Assembly: GCA_030248215.1 (NCBI GenBank)
Contig: JASANG010003130.1
Location: 248,001 to 312,000, forward strand
Length of the DNA stretch: 64,000 bases
From: Enoplolaimus lenunculus
Taxonomy: Eukaryota
Direction: 5' to 3'
Shown here one piece after another: positions 1 to 12,900 of this stretch. Below the pieces are notes generated by a model that was not told the origin of the DNA, ran no database searches, and saw only the letters and a program-made list of their open reading frames with translations. The first letter of the stretch is position 1. The number at the start of each line of letters is the position of its first letter. Position numbers and translations under genes: made by a program.

Positions 1-190
1 GTCAATTTTATTGGGTACTGGAGTCATTTATGCGGTTTCAAATAGGGATAATTGACATTTATGGATTCTAATTATGGTTTAGGGACTCTATCCGCTTACG
101 CACTCTTATTATGGATACGGACTCGTATTGCCTGGGACCCAAAATGGGGACCCACTCTTATTACCCCCTTTTAAGCGGGTCGCTACAGTA

Positions 191-639
191 TTGTAGTGAC
201 CCGAATAAGATAGGGACTGATATTTATTTGGCCTCTCCAGAGGGTACCACCCTTGTTATTCGGTTACAGATTATTATTTATTTTTAGCACGCGCTCCGCC
301 TCCCTTCATTACTGATATACCCGGTACTGCAATTATCCGTTGAATTAAACGTTTATTTGTCTTGTGTCAATAGCTTGAGCGATAATACAAGGTTATACTT
401 TGGAATGTAAGTACTTTCCAAATTTAAGTACGTTTTAAAGTTTCGAACTCAAATTATTTGATCCTGGAGTCATTTATGCGCTACAATTAAGATTATTTGA
501 CATTTATGGACTCTAAGTAGGGTTTAGGGATTCTATGCGCTTACGGCCTCTTAATAGGGATACGGACTTTAATTGATTCGGACTCAAAATGGGGACCCCC
601 CTCTTATTACCCCTCCCCCTCTTATTCGGGTCAATACAG
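191..639. mobile_element. Tc1/mariner-type MITE (family A), TA target site
   Basis: TIR (C/T)TGTA(T/G)TGACCCGAATAAG...CTTATTCGGGTCAATACAG flanked by TA; abuts a preceding copy that ends at 188. Confidence 0.8.
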
Positions 640-1208
640 TAGGTATGCAGACTCGTATTGATTGGGTCACAAAATGAATTGGGACCGTCTCTTATTACCC
701 TCATCTTATTAGGGGCATACGCGTAACCTCCGAGGGGTCTGGGAAATCCGGCCATTTCACCCCCTCACTTTTGTGTAGTGAGTCCAACAACTATGTGAAT
801 TCCATCATTTTGAGTTGAAAAGTAATTTTACAGCTTTAAAATAATGTGTTATTCCAACGAATTTATTGAAATTTGTTGAATTTGGCGTTTACAAACGAAA
901 AATTTTGCATGCGATGCAAAGTGCACGATACCAATATATACCTATGGGTGGTGACATGACCACACGCCGTTGTGGACATCTTCATTCTGCACTGACCACA
1001 TTGTCAGGGACTCCGGGCTCTATGACATCAATCAGTAAACAAAAAATTTGCAAAGTTTTCAAATATAAAAAGCGCTACCTAAGTACAATCACTCGACTAT
1101 TTAGTGGCTGACGTTCAAGACCAAGAGGGCTCAAATCATGTGGAATTTTTTTCTGTGATATTACGCGTTAAAATTGTTACACCCTGCGCATCATGTATCA
1201 TTTCTTTG

Positions 1209-1391
1209 AGCCAATGTATTGAACAGGGTCGGAACGCTTTCCTGTGGGGCTGTAAGAGTCAGGTTAATTTTTAGACTAACTTTTTTGCTTAGGCTTAGGC
1301 TTAGGCTTAGGAATAGGCTCATCCTTACGCTTAGGCTTAAGCTTAGGAATATACTCATACTACTGTTCCGGCCCTGTTCTATACATGAGCC
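1209..1391. mobile_element. TTAGGC-carrying MITE (family B; GG termini, 8-bp TSD, Merlin-like)
   Basis: TIR consensus GGCCCATGTATAGAACAGGGCCGGA; exact 8-bp TSD TTTCTTTG (1201-1208 / 1392-1399); internal TTAGGC runs. Confidence 0.8.
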
Positions 1392-1609
1392 TTTCTTTGC
1401 GTACACAAGTAACGGTTTAGCGTTGCTTCTGTTATCATCCTATCTACAACAATCTATATTGCAGCCTATGTATATGTAAAGAAAGGTAATAATTCAGTTT
1501 TTTAAAACCCATGGTATAACAGCCGTTTATTATTAAGTCAAATTTTGTTTTCAATCGCGTCAATTTATCCTGTCCCTTGTCGAATCATTTTGCCAGCAGT
1601 TCAAAATAA

Positions 1610-1936
1610 CTAATAATCGTCAAAATGTGTCGATGGATTGGTTCCAATAAAGAATCGTTTTACGCCCCGCTTAGCGTGTAAATCGCTTCGAGATGGACCA
1701 CCGTACTTTCCGCCCAAAAATAACATGGTTGGCTGAAATCCGATGGCTCCAACGCCGCGTTTGCCCCAACCTTTCGAATGATCGTACCAGACTACGTCGT
1801 CGTCCCAGTTTGGCGACGATTTCGCCCGTTGCGCTTCAGCTCGAGTTCCTGGAATGCCGTTTACTAAAACCGTTGTACAGATCACAACCGCAGATATCAG
1901 CATAAACTGAGATTCAATGGCTTTAAGTATGTTCAT
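1610..1936 (-). CDS. Putative neuropeptide precursor (signal peptide, GKR/KR cleavage sites, C-terminal GW-amide peptide)
   Basis: 108-aa ORF; hydrophobic MLISAVVICTTVLVNG; ...SSPNWDDDVVWYDHSKGW-G-KR; further GK, KR, KR sites. A 3' splice site ttattacag lies about 36 nt upstream of the ATG, and AATAAA is at 1531-1526 downstream of the stop. Confidence 0.75.
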   Translation of the reverse strand: MNILKAIESQFMLISAVVICTTVLVNGIPGTRAEAQRAKSSPNWDDDVVWYDHSKGWGKRGVGAIGFQPTMLFLGGKYGGPSRSDLHAKRGVKRFFIGTNPSTHFDDY

Positions 1937-2062
1937 TTTAAAACTAATTAATAGCTCGGTCGGTGAAGTTATCTGTAATAATAGTAATTATAATAACAAT
2001 AATAATAATAATAATGACCAGTGATAAAATTGTAGTCTAAATATATTCCAATATAAGTTATA

Positions 2063-2505
2063 CATGCTCCACAATAAAATGTGTACAGGGTGTGGAAAAT
2101 GAAGAAAATACATTTTGCTATTTTAAAATCAATTCCATACATGGCATTGCAATTTTCTCAGCCGTTAATGGAATTGAATTTAATTGTTTGAGCAATGCTC
2201 AGAAGTTGAGAGTAAAATTTTCTTTGAATTAATTGCAGATAAAGAAATGTTACAGCAAAGTAGAAATTTATAAATGCCACGTATGGAATTGAGTTGAGAA
2301 TTGAGTAAAATTAAATATACAATAGTAAAAATAGCAAACATAGTTTAATATAGTGATGCTGTATTGATTTTAAATTTTCGGATCGCATTCATTACATGAG
2401 AAATAAAATTCGAGTCGCTTGCGGAATTGATTTTAATCAAAATGTACCGTCCGTAAACGAATTTTTCGTTTTCCACGCCCTGTACACATTTTATTGTGGA
2501 GGATG
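2063..2505. mobile_element. Foldback MITE with long TIRs and TA flanks
   Basis: CTCCACAATAAAATGTGTACAGGG(T/C)GTGGAAAA inverted at both ends; a second inverted pair AATTCCATAC.TGGCATT lies inside (about 2131-2290). Confidence 0.75.
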
Positions 2506-2922
2506 TATTCGCGCCTAAGCCTACAAATGAAAGGTAGAAGGAATTTTTGTTATAAAAACACAAATATTTCAATGAATGATTATATTTTGGACACCTGCCT
2601 AATAACGTGCTTATCTGGTGATATTCCGCTAAAAGCGGAATATCTTTAATTAAAAATACGAACGCAATTATTTTAAAAGACGAAGTATAGTATGAACTGT
2701 GAAGAATGGGTGATCCAGGAAGCGCCACCCAAGCCTCCAACAGAAATTAAAAGTAAATTTTTTTATTAAGATTTCTGACCCATGTATTTACGAATCAGAG
2801 GCAGATTGTTTTTCCGCGGGTATCCAGTTGAAAGGCAAAAGCCTTATTTTTTAGCTTAGGCTAGGCGTAGGCTTATTAAGCATAGGCTTATAGCTACAGG
2901 CTTAGGCGTAGAAATACGCTTA

Positions 2923-3370
2923 CTGTAATGACCCAAAATAATAAGAGGAGGTGCCCATTTTGAGTTACAATCAATAGAAGTCCGTATCCCTAGTAAGCGT
3001 CCGTATCCCTAGTAAGAGTCCGTAAGCAGATAGAGTCCCTAAACCCTAATTAGAGTCCATAAATGTCAATTGTACCTAACTGTAGCGCATAAATGGCTCC
3101 AGAACCAAATAAAGTTGACTTGAAACTTTAAAGCGTACTTAAGTTTTGAAAGTAACATTCCAACGTATAATCTAGTATTATCACTCAAGCTTTTAATGCA
3201 AGGCAAAAAACATTTAATTCAACGAAGTTGCAATACCGGATATTTAAAAGTAACGACGGGTGACGAAGGGCGGGTTGAAAATAAATAACAGTCCGTAACC
3301 GAATAACTGGGGTGTACCGCCTGGAGAGGCCAAATAAATATCATTAACCCTCTTATTCGGGTCGCTACAG
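2923..3370. mobile_element. Family A MITE, reverse orientation
   Basis: TA|CTGTAATGACCC...CTTATTCGGGTCGCTACAG|TA; interior is the reverse complement of 191-639. Confidence 0.8.
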
Positions 3371-4150
3371 TATATATACACTATATATACTGTTCAGGAC
3401 AGCGCTTCCCCCAATCCTTCCGAGGGGGGCGGCTTAAGAAACTGCATCAGAAAACGAAACCAATTTTAAAAGCTTTTAAAGGGCCTGTTCGGTTAGGGGG
3501 TAGCGGGCAACCCTACAAATAGCCCTGCTATAGTTACATCCCTGTTCATTACATTTACCAGATTACGTGCTAAACTTGCATTTGGCTTCTCGCTTGGAAG
3601 CATATCTTTACTAAATATATCCCATCAGAAATTGCTAGATCTGCACTGAGTGAAAAATTTGCAACTCGTGAAAAATGTTAACTTTTAAAAATTTTACAGC
3701 TACTTGAAACGGACTAAAGCGCAAAACCCGAGCCTTCTGTCTATAATAGCGGCCACGTGCTAAAATTGACACAATAAACAATAAACCATATCAGACTCAG
3801 GTCAAGCTACTACTGCGTTTGCTGGGAAATTTGATCTAAACACATAAACTTTGTGGTTTGCACAAAGAACTACAATTACTGAATACGTGATGAATAAATT
3901 ATTATTAATCCGGCGTGACTTCGCCTGAGCGAACATCAGGTAGGTTCCGGTTGCAAAATTAGGGCTGCAACTGCGTTACTACTTTCACACTCAAAAACAT
4001 TATACTTAAGATTTATATAGTGTTTTCCTACGTAAAGATACTTGAATCAACATCAAGACTATACTTTTTGTTTAGGCTTAGGCTTAGTTTTACACCTTTT
4101 CAATGCTTAGAATTATGCTTAGGAATATGCCATAATCTATTACTTACAGC

Positions 4151-4571
4151 CAGGGTGCAACCGGAATTCCGGTTCCGGTAGGGAAATCCAGTATTTTTCA
4201 CTATCCGGTTCCGGTTATAAACCCAGGATTTTTTCACCGGAATTTTCCGGTATTTTCGGTATTTAATATTTTTCTCATCCTAAAATTTAAGAAAAAATGG
4301 CATATTTTTCTTACTTATTGATCAAAAATTGCCCGAGCGTGTATTGCCAAAATTTTCAATTTGTTCCATACTCCATAATTTATCATGTTTCCACCTACTG
4401 GATTCGTTTCAGGACTTTGGCATCCTAAATGGTGTGTTTTCAGCATTAAAAGTGATAAAATAGCGCTTAAAAATGAATTTTTCGGTAACAAACATTTTTT
4501 ATTTTCCGGTTCCCGTATTTTTTAACTTTCCGGTTCCGGTTCCGGTATTTTATAATTCCGGTTGCACCCTG
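4151..4571. mobile_element. hAT-type MITE (family C)
   Basis: TIR CAGGGTGCAACCGGAATT...AATTCCGGTTGCACCCTG, exact 8-bp TSD CTTACAGC, subterminal TTCCGG repeats. Relatives near 7246-7605, 19314-19722, 33424-33836, 37530-37893. Confidence 0.88.
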
Positions 4572-4787
4572 CTTACAGCACCAAAAACAACATGGTCCAT
4601 GAACGATAAATAGGGAGTGGATTGAAAAACAAATAAGTTCATAACAGTAGGGCAGAAGAGAACCATCTAAAGCCGCAAAGTAAATATTAGTCCCTCCTGT
4701 TACTCGGGTCATTGCGCGGCAGTAGACATTTTTTATTAATTCAAACAATTTAAATAATTATAAAATGTCCTAAAAAAGCGTAATTGG

Positions 4788-7700
4788 TTAGCTTTTTGAA
4801 TCTGACATTTCGTCTTGTTTCAATATCACAATTTCTCCTTGGTCCGCGTTCAGATCGATGGTGTCGCCTGAAATTATGACTGAACATTGCAAATACAACG
4901 GCACAATAAGCTTGCAGTTTAAGGATTTCTCAAATTTGGCTAATAAGATACTGTTAAATAACTGTGCATTTAAGGTTTTTGGCTCATGTATAGAACAGGG
5001 CCGGATCGTTTTCGGAGGGGCTATAATAGAGTCAGTTTAAGCTTTAGACTATTTTTTGGTTAGGCTTAGGCTTAGGTTTAGGTTTAGGCTTAGGAATAGG
5101 CTCATCCATACGCTTAGGCGTAGGCTTAGGCTTATGAATACGCTTATACTACTGTTCCGGCCCTGTTCTATACATGGCTACGTTTTTTGATGGTAGAGAC
5201 AGAACATGAATGAAACTGTAAAAAACACCGTCCGATCGAAGCAAACAACACACTAGACGCTATATTATATGATCAATTTTAATACAAAATTTTAAAATTT
5301 TTGAATTTAATTGACCTGTAAACGGATTGACCACATGATCTCTTAAACAAATCCGTCTTTGTTTCGAAATTTAAACCATTGGATTGCGCTAACCTCGCTG
5401 CGCGCCACCGGACGCCTGCGCACGCCGCGGTAAACTGTTTTTTTTATTAAAAATTGCCGCACACCGCCGCGCGCCACCAAACAAAATTTCGCCAATATTT
5501 TTGTAAGGAATGCGTAGCGGCCTACGGCAGCGTGCGGCGGCGTTAGTCGAAGTAAAGTTTAGCGCAACCCTTACTCAACGCTTATAAATTTACACCAAAT
5601 TTCAACAGGAATAATATTATACGCTGAAACTTAAAGACCACCAATAATGTAAAAAGGCAGAATAGAAGTAGTACATTTATTAGTTGATTTTACAAAATCA
5701 TTAAATGGAAATCAACTTTTTAGCAAAAAATGCCTGAAGTATAAATTAAAGCATTGGGTAGGGATTAGTGACATTCACGGTGTAAAATGACTGCATAGCT
5801 ATCAATTATCCTCATTTATACCATCCAAAAAGATAATTCAATTATGCTAAAAAACAGATCAATTATTTTATTTGAAACTCATAGAAAGCATTACGAAATA
5901 TATCGCTGGTAATTACATAGCAATTATGGGGCAACTGGTCTCCTGTTTTGTGGGTGAGACAAATGTAGCATAACAGATGCTACTGACCGTAAACTGTATG
6001 TCAACCATAAAATTAACTTCGATGTCTGAGAGGTTAGAATTGTCGCTACATTAAACCTGGCGTTCAGCATGAGTAACCCCAATGGGCTTCCGAAAGCAAA
6101 GCCAGAATACTTCTGGAGTATTTATAACGTAAAACGAAAAAAAATTGCTCATAATCGTAGCGTGCGCAGTGGTAGTACCAGAAATTCGAATTTTCTGGGG
6201 GTCGCCTCATCCAAAGACGACTAAAACGTTAACTTAAAGCGTAATTGGCAGATCATTAATATTAGTACCTTTACCAGACGAGAAAAGCTTTCTATTTCTG
6301 GAGTCGCCTGGCCGTCTACTCTGTAGGTACTATACTGATTATTTTTTAATTGTATCCACTGTTCCTATGTTTTTCAATCATTTATCCACGAATTCAGGCA
6401 AAATTCCAGGCAGGGTGCAACCGAGTGCGATGATAAAACATGAGCCGAACATCAACGCAGTGTTGTCAAAAATTTATTAAGTTCGTTTTTGAAAAATACC
6501 AATTACATTTGAAACTTTCACCCGTGAACTAAGAAAAACTCACTGCGCAGTACAACATTTATTGCAAAATTTCTTATAATTGAACTTATTTTTAAAGTCT
6601 CCGGTGAAAATTTTGCTCATTGCAGTTCAAAGTCTCGTTAGTAGTGCCATATAAATATTACACGTGGGGTTCGTTTTTTTTCAACGGTTCAGTGTGAACA
6701 CTGATACTCAGGAAACGGGGCGGTGCGTAGCCATATAAAGTTTACAGAGAAAAGTTTTAGCCATATGAGAGAACAGCGAGAACAGACTGTGTTTAAACTT
6801 TGTGAAAGTGGCCATTGCTACCTGTTTTGGCCAATGTATACAACAAAGGCTAAGTCTGCGTCGAAGCCTAAGCGTAGGAATAAGCTTATACATAAGCATA
6901 TGCAAAACATTAGTCTAAGCTTAATATAACACTATTGCAGTCCACAGAAAAACGTCACGCCCTTGATCTTTACATAGGCCCATGTTTTCATGAAATTTTC
7001 TTCAATATTTTTGCGTGTATACGGCATTTACAATTTTGAGTAAATAGAGCCTTCGGAGCAAGCAGTTTGAGCCAGAAACATAAATAACATGAAGTTTGTC
7101 AAAATTTAGCGAAAATGATTCGAGTGACAGATTGTATTTATGTTGTGAATCGCAATTACCGTATTTAATATCCCATAAAACACTGCAGCTGTAAATCTTT
7201 AGCCATTTAAATGGTATTTTCAACTTAGATCCTGTTCCGCACACCAGGGTACACCCGGAGGTCTGCCTCCGGCTCCGGCAGGAACTCGGCCTCCGGCTCC
7301 GGCTCCGGTAGAATTCTGCCGGAGGTTCTGGCAATTTCGGTAGTAAAATTTTGCATTGTTTTGCAAACTTTATCTGTATAGCGCGTTTCGTTTTACTTTT
7401 GTGACAATTTTCAGGAAACAATTTGCGAAATTTTACTTGAAAATTGGCGTAAAAACAAACAACTTAACAACATATTGCAGATACTGGCTAAAATTAACTA
7501 ATTGACCATCATTTTTACCCCCTAATTTCGCCTCACCTCCGGCTCCGGCTCCGGCAAGTTCCTTTGATTTCCGGCTCCGGTATTTTTCACCTCCGGTTGC
7601 ACAATGCCGCCCACTGACACACCCAAAGGGCGCACTTTGGCCATGCCCTCCATTAGGAGTCAACGCCAAAAGTTTTATGATTTAGTACTAACATTGCGAT

Positions 7701-9956
7701 GACGTGGCTCTTCGTCAAAAATTTCTAGATCAAGCAGTCAAAACACTTTAATAAGTCGAAACTTTTCTAACTTCCCCTCTCCACTATGCAAATATGGGGA
7801 TACTTTTTCACTTATAACATAAAAATGTTTTTTTTTACTGCTTTAAAAACTAGTTGAAAATTTTTTAGCCTCCCCAGCAAGGTAGACTGGTTACGGACCG
7901 TCTGCTAGAGTACAACAATACACGATTTAGTAATGCATGCGGTGTGATACAGAAGTTGCAAGGCATCAAATTTAAAACATTTAAAAAAAGTATTGCGTGC
8001 GTATAATTGAAACTTTAAACATACTTTGTCCAACTAAATGGGGTCGTAGCGTAGAAGTAGGTTAAAAGAAGGCCGTTTTAATTAAAATTCTTTGTCAAAG
8101 TACTCCCAGGTACTACTGTCTTTAATCATTAACGATCATCCAATTTTATAATTAACAGTCAATATTTTAGTCGTTTTTCGGCACCGGTGTACACAAACCA
8201 AAATTTCAGTGTACTCTACACAGGCTATGAACGCTGGTTATAACTATAATGCATTGGTCAAAAACAAATGACCAAGACCCAATGTCAATTGCTAACCACA
8301 TTTGATTAAACCTGGGCTATGCAACAAAAACGTTTCCGGAAATATACATAGCATGTAACCCATACAGAGCTCTAGTCACGCAATGTGATATTTAACCTAT
8401 TTTTAGTGCAACCGTTTATATACGTCATAATTTAATAGTAAATATATACCGATGTCTACATTTGAGAGCCCATTTTGCAAGATCAACAAACAATCGGAAA
8501 GCGTTCTGTCTTGGTGAATTGCTCTGTTCGGTATTAAGACATAAAGTAAGCAGAAAACTGTGATTAAAGACAACTAAATCTTTAGTTCGATGGCATTACC
8601 ACCTCGTGCCAACGGTGTCCCCACGGGCGGAGAATTACGGGGGAATTGCCTTACCGATGCCGATTAATCAACATATCCCTATTACCGTTATTAGCTAAGG
8701 AATTTTAACAAAACATGTCAAATAAATATCGTTACGACCAATAACGTGAATTCTCTAATAAAAGCACTCAATAATATGAATTAATGAAATTCAAATAACC
8801 GTGTAACTCTAATATTACCTGTTTTGATGAAAACTGTTGCATTAATAGCATTGATTATACATGGAACGCCGTATTCACGCGCTACAACCGCACCTAAAAA
8901 TGCAAATATAACATTTAATGAGATTGGCTAAACTGTTTTGATATCGGGCAATTTCGCAGAGCTCAATTATTTTCGTTTCCAAATAAATATTTACCATTTT
9001 TGGCAAAAAATGTCATTTATCACTAAACATAGCGATGTAATTAACTTGGAAATCTGAAAATATACATATAGATAGCGTTGGTGAATGTTTGTTGCCGTAA
9101 AACAGTAATGTGTCAAATTGTTACTCCGTATTAAAGCTGAAATGCCCACGATCCGTAATTTGGGAATAAAGAAATGCTTAAATACGGTTCAGCTTTGAGG
9201 TTTTGGTGTGCCGCAAGTTTTGCACTCATTTTGACTAGCTTATTTTTAGCCTGCAAATTAATATATTCTAGTAGGATTGTAACACAAAAAATCTTGAGAA
9301 AAATAAGGAATCCATCCTATATCGGTAGCTTGAGTTCCGAGCATTTAATTGGCCTGTGAATAAATTAAATATAATTCCAATAATTGACATATTTTTCAAC
9401 ACAAACTACAGTAAACTATAATCAGTCTACTCACCATGCGATAACAATCCACCAATTTCAGTAATCACTCCGGCAACTAATGGAAAATAAGGACTCCATC
9501 CGATATCGGTAGCTCGAGTTACTAGAATTTCATTGGCCTGTAAATAAATTAAAAACAATTCCAATAAATAATTAAAGCTGCAATGCCTCACATACGTATT
9601 TTGGGTAATTTTCCAGCATCACTTTGCTTGCAATGATTTGTTTGAGTATAAATGTGATTGTTCTATGAATTGTTATAAAATTAAGTACAGTAAAAACAAC
9701 TGGAAGCGAAACGCCAAAGTGATCATAAGTAATTATTTTAATGTGAGGTATGACATTTTTAGGTCCGTTTCGTTGGCAAATATAATATTTGGCCGTTGAA
9801 TTTTAAACAGATTTGCACACGGTTTACGTAATACTAAAACAATCAAAATATATTTCGCCAAGTGTAATCAAATGCTCACCTTCAAATAACTTGCATCATC
9901 AAGCGTTAACGCTACTCTAGCAGCACCAATGATGCGACCGCCACAAACAGGGGTGC
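4788..9956 (-). CDS. Exons 39-42 of the dikinase gene: C-terminal phospho-histidine swivel (PEP-utilizers mobile) domain
   Basis: GTPVCGGRIIGAARV..ANEILVTRATDIGWSPYFPLVAGVITEIGGLLSH/GAVVAREYGVPCIIN..GDTIDLNADQGEIVIL..stop TAA at 4790-4788. Catalytic His motif is intact. Confidence 0.93.
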
Positions 9957-12900
9957 CTAAAACAACGAAAAACAAATATGAATACGGTGATAACGAATTT
10001 AACACAAAAAATACGCCACCGGTAGAAGTTGTTTTATATGTGAGTTACTTTATAGCACGGTTTCTTTTAGTTCACAAGCTTTAAACTTTCAGAGTAACGG
10101 TTTCCGCGAAAAATTTCAATCACAGGCCAATCCAAGAAATGCTACGCGAACATGCAGCCATAAAAAATTTAGCACTACACTATTCATTAGGTGGCAAATT
10201 TGAGGGCAGTTAGCCGAATTTGCACGGTACGGCCTCTCAGTGTCTACCATGAGGACGCCCATGTATGAAAGGCCTTACACCGAATTTTACGTCTCCACAC
10301 AAAAATCTAAACTGTTTGCGTGAATCTTTAAGATACATCTATTACTGTATCAAGCCGAAAAGAGCAGGGGTGACTGATATTTATTTTTCCTCTTCAGAGA
10401 GAACCCCCTTAGCTATTCTTGCCGGATTGCTATTTTATGTTCAATCCTGCTCTAGTTCTTTGAATCACACATCTTTAACTTATACCTGCTGTTTTCTATG
10501 GTTCAAGTTCATTGTTTTACAGCATCTTATTACCTCATACCCCCATATTAGAATCACCATAGCACTACTGAAAAGTTAAAAGCTTTCGGCAATTTACCTT
10601 TGATGACGTCAGAAATTGCATTTTGATCAGACGGTGCAGGTTCGACCTAAAATAAAGGTCGTATTGCAACGATTGGCCAAACGACAATTGCCCAAACGCC
10701 ACAATTTCCCAAACAAAGCAATTGCATAAACGCGACAATTGCCCAATTATAACAATTTATCAGACCCTCGATTGACTTAAGCTTCAGTTTATGCTTAGGC
10801 TTAGATTTACGCTCAAATCAGTTAGACGATCACAGCAAAAATATAGGTGCAGAAGTGTTTACTGTTTTATTACGGGCATACTCCTATTCTGCGGGTAAAC
10901 AGGACGCCCCTCAGGTTAACATTGACCATATACTTCATATAAATTTTAAACTTTTTTCACATGAACATTTTCAATCTTTAAAATACAATTTCTGGCCAAA
11001 ATTTTAACATCAGAGTTTCGGGTAGATCATCACTTGAACTATAAAGGTTTCACTGTCAAAGCCTTTCGATTTGACTTTCACGTCTTGTGAGGATTTTGTA
11101 GTATTGTACTGGCCGTGAAGACATCTGCTTCAACTGCTACTACACTGTAAATTTCATTGAGTTGATTTTGACTCAGAATGAGTTGAATCACTCAGTCTGA
11201 GTTAGGACTATCTGAACTCAGAATTTTGAGTTGCTTGAATCCATTCAGAGTTAATTAATCAACTCACCCAGAGTTAACACGACTCAGAGTAGGAATCAAC
11301 TCGACTCAGAGTGGGTTAATGTCTACTGATATTAATTCAGAAATAACTAACTCGGTATAGCTGAAATGATTAAATAACTCATTGAAATTTACAGTGTAGC
11401 TCAAGTTTATGCTACCGGCTCTGAGCGATCAATTTCTGTTAAAGCATCGCTTACCGGCGCCGGAAATCCACGCATAATTTCAGGGTACAAAATGTTATCT
11501 TGAATTAGCTGCAGTTTTCGACGTCGCGCAGCTCTGAAAATAAATTAAAAGCAACAATTAAAGTCACAATCTGGCTGACAATGTAAAGGCCTGGTATTTG
11601 GCAAAAACCAGTGCCGTTTAAGTTTATATATAATAATATATGTTCCCGTTATTTAGACTATGTAGTTTTCTGGTATCTAATGCGAAGTCTCATAATATCT
11701 TGTATTTACAATAAGATAATATTTCAACAATTTTAAATTTCAAAATAAATTTTCGAACTTTTAGTTGTGTTCGAATGTATTCATATTTAGGCCCATTACC
11801 CGGATCGATTTTCGCAAATAATGATCACAACCAAGAGTCGATGTTGATTTTACACCCGTACTTACTGGTGCGCAGCCGAGATTTGTTTTCTGGCGGAAAG
11901 AACCATGACACGTCTAAAAGCGTTGTTTACCAGCGAACGTAGCGAACGAGAAACATTTCTAGCCCAGAGCAGATTTTATACAACCTGTAAAAGTGGGTTT
12001 CTTCGAGTATCCCCCATATCCTTCATTGCACACGTCCCTGTGTCAAACAGCACGCTTACTTGGCAATTAGTTTCGCTGGCCGTGTAATAATGACGTCATC
12101 GATTTCTGGCGCAGTCAGGTAGAATATCAACCACGGATCCGGCAAGATACCCTTTAAGTAGTAAACCAAAAATAATAATTATCTAAACATACAAAGTTCC
12201 GAATAAAGATCAATCCCACTGCTGCTGTCCCACAGAAACCGTTAACAATCCAGTGACTATTTTACTAAAGCATTAAGCTCAGTAGAGGACAAAGGAATTG
12301 TGTCAAAAATAAAACGCTATCTTGAACACTTTCGCGTTTCAAACAGCATCTATAAATATAGTTATTTTGTGCGGATTTTGCAAAAAAAGTGCGTTTTTGA
12401 AAGTTGGAATTGTTGAAATTACCTGCTCACATAGTAGCACCCCGAGTCGATGGTAAGCTTTACGAACTTTGTGGGTAACTTTAATCGCCAAACTCTGAAA
12501 TGTTTTTAAATTCCAACAAATAGCGCGTTGTCCCAATATTTAGGGCTCGTATTTGAAAAACGTATTAAGACGTATATCTGAAGATTATTATACGGGCAAG
12601 TGTACATTTATTAACAACAGTGAGATTACTTTCCGATTTTGGTTCAACGGCTCATAGTTTGTACATTATAATGTGTAGAGACGCAAGGCGAGCTTTTAAG
12701 GAGCGATTAATACGAAGTCGGAAATGTCAAAAGACCGCAGAATCTGTCATCAATTAGCGAATAAGCTTTCAAGCAACTCAATTGCGTTATGCATTTGCAA
12801 TGAAAATTGTACAGCAATCAATAATTTTTGCAGCAAAACGTGTTTAGAACTCAAATGACTTTATATAAACACTAGATAAAAGTTACAAGACTTATAACTA

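Noticed and set aside
944..1021. Exon-like AG...GT segment on the minus strand
   Set aside because: Stop codons in all three frames.
1191..1479. LRLRLR / LSLSLS ORFs (also near 43035)
   Set aside because: Translations of TTAGGC repeats within MITEs.
1610..1625. Terminal FDDY resembling sulfakinin FDDYGHMRFamide
   Set aside because: Followed directly by a TAG stop; no good donor site or downstream exon supplying GHMRF was found.
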